Origin: Bacillota bacterium
GTDB taxonomy: Bacteria; Bacillota; JAAYKD01
NCBI GenBank assembly: GCA_012522585.1
Contig: JAAYKD010000157.1
Location: 20,074-84,073, forward strand
Length of the DNA stretch: 64,000 nucleotides
Reading direction: 5' to 3'
Position numbers and translations under genes: made by a program. Position 1 is the stretch's first letter. Every line of letters begins with the position of its first letter. The notes under the pieces were generated by a model. The model saw only the letters and a list, made by a program, of their open reading frames with translations, ran no database searches and was not told the origin of the DNA. This document shows positions 58,540 to 64,000 of the stretch, piece by piece.

Positions 58540-59052
58540 ATTATCAACATCAAAGGGCATCAGGTTAACGATGAAATTCGCAATCGTGAAGTGAGAGTTA
58601 TCGACGAAGAGGGCAATCAATTGGGTATTATGGGTTCAAGAGAGGCTTTAAGAGCAGCTCAGGACCGCGGCCTTGATTTGGTTAAAGTTGCGCCTCAGGC
58701 CAGACCTCCCGTCTGCCGCATAATGGATTACGGAAAATTCCGTTATGAGCAGAGCAAGCAGGAGAGGGAAGCCAGGAAAAAACAAAAAACGATAACTGTT
58801 AAAGAAATTCGTATCACCCCAACCATAGACGACCATGATTTAAACGTTAAAATCAGAGCCTCTGTCCGTTTCTTAACAGATGGAGATAAAGTAAAGGCGA
58901 CTGTGCGTTTCCGCGGTCGCGAAATTGCTCATGCCGAATTGGGCAAGGAAGCTTTGAATAAATTGGCTGAAGGCGTAGCCGAAGTCGGTGTAATCGAGCG
59001 ACCCGCCAGGATCGAAGGGCGTAACATGATTATGATATTAGCTCCCAAATAA
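58540..59052 (+). CDS. infC: Translation initiation factor IF-3, initiating at an AUU codon
   Basis: In-frame upstream extension INIKGHQVNDEIRNREVRVIDEEGNQLG matches the IF3 N-terminus. AGGAGG sits 5 nt before ATT 58540. The track ORF begins at internal GTG 58591. Confidence 0.8.
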   Translation: MINIKGHQVNDEIRNREVRVIDEEGNQLGIMGSREALRAAQDRGLDLVKVAPQARPPVCRIMDYGKFRYEQSKQEREARKKQKTITVKEIRITPTIDDHDLNVKIRASVRFLTDGDKVKATVRFRGREIAHAELGKEALNKLAEGVAEVGVIERPARIEGRNMIMILAPK

Positions 59053-59086
59053 ACTAGGAGCTATTGATTGAGAGGAGTTTTTCACT

Positions 59087-59284
59087 ATGGCTAAAATGAA
59101 AACCCATAGAGGTGCAGCCAAAAGGTTTAAAAAGACAGGTACCGGCAAGATTTCCAGAAAACAAGCTTTCCACAGACATAAAGCTTTGCATAAAAGTGCT
59201 AAGAGAAAACGTCAGTTGCGCGGAAGCGTTTTAGTTTCGGATTCCGAACAACGGCGCATCAGCCGCTTGTTGCCCTATCTATAA
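59087..59284 (+). CDS. rpmI: 50S ribosomal protein L35
   Basis: MAKMKTHRGAAKRFKKTGTGK is characteristic. Confidence 0.95.
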   Translation: MAKMKTHRGAAKRFKKTGTGKISRKQAFHRHKALHKSAKRKRQLRGSVLVSDSEQRRISRLLPYL

Positions 59285-59311
59285 AAACTGTAAATCTAGG
59301 AGGAAATTGCT

Positions 59312-59668
59312 ATGAGAATAACAAGCGGAGCGAGTACCCGCCGCAGACATAAAAAAGTTTTAAAATTAGCTAAAGGTTACCGAGGAGCTGGCAGCAGGCG
59401 CTTCAAGGTAGCAAACCAAGCAGTTTTAAAAGCTGGCTATTATGCCAGAAGAGATCGTCGAACCAGAAAAAGAGACTTCCGTAGACTCTGGATCACCAGA
59501 ATCAATGCCGCTTCCAGAATGAACGGCTTATCCTATAGCCGTCTGATTGCCGGTTTGAAAAAAGCCAATGTTCAAGTCAACCGTAAAATGCTGGCTGACT
59601 TAGCAGTCCATGATATGGATGGTTTTGTTCAATTCGTCGACTTGGCAAAGGCACAATTAGATTCTTAA
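59312..59668 (+). CDS. rplT: 50S ribosomal protein L20
   Basis: [17 protein letters not shown] signature. Confidence 0.95.
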   Translation: MRITSGASTRRRHKKVLKLAKGYRGAGSRRFKVANQAVLKAGYYARRDRRTRKRDFRRLWITRINAASRMNGLSYSRLIAGLKKANVQVNRKMLADLAVHDMDGFVQFVDLAKAQLDS

Positions 59669-59674
59669 ACAAAT

Positions 59675-59712
59675 AAGCCCCTCTCTTGTTTTTCAAGGAG
59701 GGGCTTGTTTTG
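59675..59712 (+). terminator. Intrinsic terminator after rplT
   Basis: aagcccctc-(loop)-gaggggctt followed by gtttt. Confidence 0.6.
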
Positions 59713-59722
59713 AGGTATTTTT

Positions 59723-60499
59723 ATGAAAATTACATCCAAGCAAAACGAATATGTTAAGTACCTAAAGAAGCTGCAGCAAAGAAAGTATCGAGAGCAAGAG
59801 GGAAAGTTCTTGCTTGAAGGCTGGAAGGATCTGTCCACAGCCCTAGAAGAAAATGCAAAAATCGTTGGGATCATCTATGCTGATGAGAAAGTGGATGAAA
59901 ACCACCAGCTTTTGCAGGAGGCCATAAAAAGAGAGATACCTTTGCAGAAAGTCAGTCTGCCGGTTTTAAAGAACTTGAGCCAGACCGTCACACCCCAAGG
60001 GGTTTTAGCTCTGGTCAAGATGAGAAATGTTGAACTCAGTCAAATAGAACCGAAAGATTCCCTTCTCGTTTTAGATAGAATTCAAGACCCAGGCAATCTG
60101 GGCACGATTTTGCGCAGTGCCCTGGCTTTTGGCTATGAAAATATAGTGCTTTTAGAAGGCAGTGTGGATCCTTACAATGACAAGGTTTTGCGGGCTGCAG
60201 CAGGTTCTATTTTTCAGCTTAATCTTTTTACCAATCTAAAGAAACAACAACTCTTTGCTTTGGTTGAGCAATTGGATTTGCCTTTGGTCATTTCCGTTGT
60301 GGAAAAAGGCCAAGAAGGAACGGATCAGAGTTGGCTCAAAGAGCCGATGGCTTTGGTTATAGGCAATGAGGGTCAAGGTGTCGATCCTGAAATTCAAGCT
60401 CAGGGTCAGAGGTTTCTCAGTATCAGAATGAAAAAGGGAATTGAATCTTTAAATGCAGGGGTTGCTGCTTCAATTCTCATGTATCTAACCTCAAAATAA
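59723..60499 (+). CDS. TrmH/SpoU-family RNA 2'-O-methyltransferase (YsgA-like)
   Basis: SPOUT motifs (DPGNLGTILRSA, GNEGQGV). In B. subtilis the rplT-ysgA neighbourhood is conserved. Confidence 0.75.
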   Translation: MKITSKQNEYVKYLKKLQQRKYREQEGKFLLEGWKDLSTALEENAKIVGIIYADEKVDENHQLLQEAIKREIPLQKVSLPVLKNLSQTVTPQGVLALVKMRNVELSQIEPKDSLLVLDRIQDPGNLGTILRSALAFGYENIVLLEGSVDPYNDKVLRAAAGSIFQLNLFTNLKKQQLFALVEQLDLPLVISVVEKGQEGTDQSWLKEPMALVIGNEGQGVDPEIQAQGQRFLSIRMKKGIESLNAGVAASILMYLTSK

Positions 60500-60502
60500 A
60501 CC

Positions 60503-60790
60503 TTGCCAGATAGCCGAAATTATGATATTCTCGTTAACAAAGCGATGACTGAGAAAAGTATTGTAAAATTGAACTAAACAGGGAGATTGGCCTTGGATTG
60601 AAAGCCATGATAGGAAAATTTGCAAGAAGTTCATCTCAAGAGCTGTTTAGCTGAAAGATCAAAAAGAGTAAGCTAAGCCGTGAAAACTGCGTTAAAGTTT
60701 AAATGAGAAATTGATCTTTATCAATGAATCAAGGGTGGTACCGCGAAGACTTCGCCCCTTATGGGCAGGAGTCTTTTTTATTTTTCATTT
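60503..60790 (+). promoter_or_regulatory. T-box riboswitch leader for pheS-pheT, with a probable UUC specifier
   Basis: T-box aatcAAGGGTGGTACCGCG at 60727-60745. A U-run precedes the RBS GGAGG, and a candidate specifier sits in gaagUUCauc. Confidence 0.8.
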
Positions 60791-60801
60791 GGAGGTTTAA
60801 A

Positions 60802-61830
60802 ATGCTGCAAAATTTGGATGATTTAAGAAATGAGGCCCTAAAAGCCATCGACCAAGGGAATAGCCCTGAGGCTTTAAACGATTTAAGGGTGAAATACTTG
60901 GGCAAAAATGGTGAGCTAACCCTGCTTTTGCGTCAAACAGGCAAATTGCCTGCTGAACAGCGGCCGGCCTTTGGCCAAAAAGCCAACACCATTCGAGCTC
61001 AAATAGAAAATTTAATCAACGAGAAGAGAGAAGAGTTGATTAAAGTCCAGCAAGAGAAAAAAATTCAAGAAGAAAAAATTGATTTAAGCTTGCCCGGTTA
61101 TCGCCTGAGAAAAGGCTCAATGCATCCTATCACAATGGTCTTGGATGAAATCAAGGACATTTTTATTGGCTTGGGTTTTAGCGTTGTTGAAGGCCCGGAA
61201 ATTGAAACCGATTATTATGATTTTCAGGCTCTCAATATTCCCTTAGACCATCCGGCCAGAGAGATGCAGGATACCTTTTATCTAAGTGAAGATTTGCTTT
61301 TGCGCACTCATACATCACCGATGCAGGCTCGAACCATGGAAGCCCAGGCGCCTCAATTGCCGATTAAAATAATAGTGCCGGGCAAAGTCTACCGGCGAGA
61401 CGAAGATGCTACTCACACTCCGATGTTTCATCAGGTTGAGGGGCTTTTAGTCGACGAAAGAGTTTCCCTATCCCATCTCAAGGGGATACTCCTTTCCTTT
61501 GCTCAGCAGATGTTTGGGCAAGACAGAGAGATTCGCCTAAGACCCTCTTTCTTTCCCTTTACAGAGCCCAGTGTTGAAGTCGATATTTCCTGTTTTGCCT
61601 GTGGGGGCAGCGGCTGTCGACTCTGTAAAGGCACGGGCTGGATTGAAATTCTAGGAGCCGGCATGGTTCATCCAAATGTTTTGAGGATGAGCGGTTACAA
61701 CCCCCAAGAAGCCAGCGGCTTGGCTTTTGGTATGGGTGTGGAAAGAATTGCTATGCTTAAATACGGCATCGACGATTTACGCCATCTTTTCCAAAACGAC
61801 CTGCGCTTTTTACGCCAATTTGAAAATTAG
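60802..61830 (+). CDS. pheS: Phenylalanyl-tRNA synthetase alpha subunit
   Basis: Class II motifs and the FPFTEPS motif. GGAGG RBS before ATG 60802; the track ORF (60724) reads through the T-box. Confidence 0.93.
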   Translation: MLQNLDDLRNEALKAIDQGNSPEALNDLRVKYLGKNGELTLLLRQTGKLPAEQRPAFGQKANTIRAQIENLINEKREELIKVQQEKKIQEEKIDLSLPGYRLRKGSMHPITMVLDEIKDIFIGLGFSVVEGPEIETDYYDFQALNIPLDHPAREMQDTFYLSEDLLLRTHTSPMQARTMEAQAPQLPIKIIVPGKVYRRDEDATHTPMFHQVEGLLVDERVSLSHLKGILLSFAQQMFGQDREIRLRPSFFPFTEPSVEVDISCFACGGSGCRLCKGTGWIEILGAGMVHPNVLRMSGYNPQEASGLAFGMGVERIAMLKYGIDDLRHLFQNDLRFLRQFEN

Positions 61831-61841
61831 GAGGATTAGCT

Positions 61842-63911
61842 ATGAAAATTTTATACAGTTGGTTAAAAGAATTAGTGCCTGATTTGAAAGCTGATGCTCA
61901 AACTGTTGCCACGGCCTTGACTGATGCTGGAGTAGAAGTTGACGGTTTGGTAGAATTGCCCGACCAGGAATATGTAATCGAGCTTGATTTGACTCCAAAT
62001 AGATCTGACTGTCTATCCATGTGGGGCTTGGCCTACGAAGTGGCAGCTATTTTTGGTTTGAAAGCAGAACTGCCCCAAGACGAAGAACTCCCCATTCTAG
62101 TCGATGCAAATAAAATTCAATTGGCAGCGCCTCAGCTCTGCCCCTACTATTTAGGCTTGATTTTAGAGGATGTCAAGATCGGACCTTCCCCTGACTGGTT
62201 GGTCAAACGCTTAGAAGCTTTGGGCATGCGAGGCATCAACAATATAGTCGATATTACCAATTATGTTATGTTAGAAACCGGCCAGCCCTTACACGCTTTC
62301 GATTACGATTGTTTAGTCGACCATAAGATCGTGGTCAGAGAATCAAAAGAAGATGAAGAGATAATCACCCTGGACAATCAATTGAGAAAACCTGAAGCTG
62401 GGACCATCTATATTTGTGACCCGGAAAAGGCCATCGGTATTGGCGGTGTGATGGGTGGGCTGAACAGCGAAACCACTGAACAGACAAAGAATATCTTCTT
62501 CGAAGCAGCTTATTTTGACCGTCGTTCCATTAGAAGAACGGCCAAAGCCTTGGATTTACGCAGTGAAGCGGCCCTTCGTTTTGAAAAAGGTGTTGACCCC
62601 TCAGGTCTCTACAAAGCTTTGCAACGGGTTTATTATTACAGCCAACTTTTGAAGATTGGTCAGCCGCAAAAAGAGATCCTCTCAGGAAGCACCTATGCAC
62701 CTCAAGCTGATCGCCAGATTCTCTTGTCAAGAAAGTATTTGGATGAAAGAATCGGCATGAGTTTTAGCGACCAGCAAGTAGAGGAGTCCTTGCAAAATCT
62801 CGGGTTTGCCTTAAGCCCAACTGAATCAGGTTGGCAGGTTGGTGTTCCCTCCCGTCGCCAGGATGTCCAAGAAGAAGTGGATTTGACTGAAGAAGTCTCA
62901 AGACTTGTTGGCTTGGACCAGCTACCGGCAGTTTTGCCGGAAGGGGCGTCAACCCAAGGCGGCTTGAATAAAGAACAGAAATTATTGCAAAAGGTCCATA
63001 GAGTTTTAAATAAAAGAGGCCTCAATGAAGCCTTGAACTATTCTTTTATTTCTAAAAAGGAATTGAAGGATGTTTTTCAAGATGAAAATCATCCTTTGCT
63101 GCAGGCGATTCCCTTGAAAAACCCGATGACTGAGGCTCAGGAAATCATGCGGACCAGCTTGTTGCCCGGTTTGTTAAAAAATCTGCGGGATAATCAGAAC
63201 AGACAGAATTTGGATATAGGTCTTTACGAAATCGGGCGGATTTATCTACCTGAGCAATTACCTTTGAGAGATCTGCCCAGTGAAGAGCTTCACTTAGGTG
63301 TAGCCTTGACAGGAAGCAGCCAGGCCTTAGGCTGGCAATTGGCTAAAGAACCATACGATTTTTACCATCTGAAAGGGATTTTAGAAGATCTAATGTCGGT
63401 TTTGGGCTGGCCCCTTGCTCTCAAAGAAAAGCAGGATGATCCTCGTTTTCATCCCTATCAATGTGCCGAAATTCTCTTCAATGGTCGAGCTATTGGAATT
63501 ATGGGAGCCATTCACCCGGATCTAGCCGAGAATTGGGATTTAAATCAAAAAGCTTTCCTGGCCGAGTTGAATCTGGACCTAGTCTTGAAGCTGGCCGATC
63601 CCAAGATAAATTACAAACCATTGTCCAGATACCAATCGAGTAAAAGGGATTTGGCTTTGGTGGTTGAAAACAGTATCAGTGCCCAGGCTGTCCTGGCAAC
63701 CATAAAATTGGCGGCAGGGGATTTATTGGAAAATGTTGAGCTCTTTGATGTCTATAGAGGCAGTCAGATCAAAGCAGGCCATAAGAGTTTAGCCTTTTCT
63801 TTGACCTATCGGGCCCAGGACAGAACTTTAACAGATGCTGAAGTAGCCAAGGCTCATAATGAAATTTTGCAATTTTTAAATGATTATTATCAATCAGAAT
63901 TAAGACAGTAA
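61842..63911 (+). CDS. pheT: Phenylalanyl-tRNA synthetase beta subunit, short form lacking the N-terminal EMAP/OB tRNA-binding insert
   Basis: 689 aa, against the typical ~800. B3/4, B5 and FDX-ACB domains are present. The sequence runs directly from MKILYSWLKELV... into ...IELDLTPNRSDCLSMWGLAYEVAA. Confidence 0.9.
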   Translation: MKILYSWLKELVPDLKADAQTVATALTDAGVEVDGLVELPDQEYVIELDLTPNRSDCLSMWGLAYEVAAIFGLKAELPQDEELPILVDANKIQLAAPQLCPYYLGLILEDVKIGPSPDWLVKRLEALGMRGINNIVDITNYVMLETGQPLHAFDYDCLVDHKIVVRESKEDEEIITLDNQLRKPEAGTIYICDPEKAIGIGGVMGGLNSETTEQTKNIFFEAAYFDRRSIRRTAKALDLRSEAALRFEKGVDPSGLYKALQRVYYYSQLLKIGQPQKEILSGSTYAPQADRQILLSRKYLDERIGMSFSDQQVEESLQNLGFALSPTESGWQVGVPSRRQDVQEEVDLTEEVSRLVGLDQLPAVLPEGASTQGGLNKEQKLLQKVHRVLNKRGLNEALNYSFISKKELKDVFQDENHPLLQAIPLKNPMTEAQEIMRTSLLPGLLKNLRDNQNRQNLDIGLYEIGRIYLPEQLPLRDLPSEELHLGVALTGSSQALGWQLAKEPYDFYHLKGILEDLMSVLGWPLALKEKQDDPRFHPYQCAEILFNGRAIGIMGAIHPDLAENWDLNQKAFLAELNLDLVLKLADPKINYKPLSRYQSSKRDLALVVENSISAQAVLATIKLAAGDLLENVELFDVYRGSQIKAGHKSLAFSLTYRAQDRTLTDAEVAKAHNEILQFLNDYYQSELRQ

Positions 63912-63956
63912 GAGCAATATAAATTAGCCAGGATTTTCAGGAGGTGGTAAGAAAAA

Positions 63957-64000
63957 TGCAAGAAAAATCACTGCTAACTTTAGAATTCCCCAAGATTAAA
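63957..64000 (+). CDS. mutS2: Endonuclease MutS2, N-terminal 14 aa only; the gene continues beyond the window
   Basis: MQEKSLLTLEFPKIK resembles the MutS2 N-terminus (M..K.L..LEF.K.K). GGAGGTGG RBS. Confidence 0.4.

Noticed and set aside
60724-60801. N-terminal extension of the pheS ORF ([26 protein letters not shown])
   Set aside because: The extension is the T-box antiterminator and terminator read in frame. The true start is ATG 60802, after a GGAGG RBS.

Overview
This 64 kb window is a gene-dense, almost entirely plus-strand stretch of a low-GC Firmicutes-type chromosome, probably near the replication origin. It joins housekeeping blocks that lie at separate loci in Bacillus subtilis. 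The blocks, in order: SRP RNA-dnaX-ybaB-recR; darA-yaaR-holB-ricT-yabB-rsmI-ttcA; a T-box-controlled metS-tatD-rnmV-rsmA; rex; murE-HIT; rpsU-yqeY; phoH-pgpH-ybeY-era-recO; ccpN-yqfL-dnaG-sigA followed by tRNAs, trmK and rnpB; rluB-cmk-plsC-(ispH::rpsA fusion)-der-gpsA; a T-box alaS-trmL-trpS-glyQS; the L20-leader infC-rpmI-rplT operon; and a T-box pheS-pheT. The only minus-strand genes are a 5'-partial iorA at the left edge and a MATE efflux pump. RNA genes are 8 tRNAs (Asn, CAT, Glu x2, Gln, Ala, Tyr), a type-A-like RNase P RNA and a long-form SRP RNA. I found no CRISPR array, transposase, integrase or phage genes. The less ordinary content is: a LarA-family (nickel-pincer) racemase homolog translationally coupled to an Fe-S DinG-like helicase; an orphan SagB-type dehydrogenase next to a 750-bp non-coding region with repeated motifs; a SpoIIIAA-like ATPase with an R3H domain; an extra-dcw MurE with a non-canonical DDPY specificity motif; and two degenerate tandem partial gene duplications (recR 3' end, trmK 5' end). 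I did not find a convincing novel multi-gene system; this window is mostly core genome. Coordinates for RNA elements and alternative starts are hand-counted and approximate to +/- a few nt.
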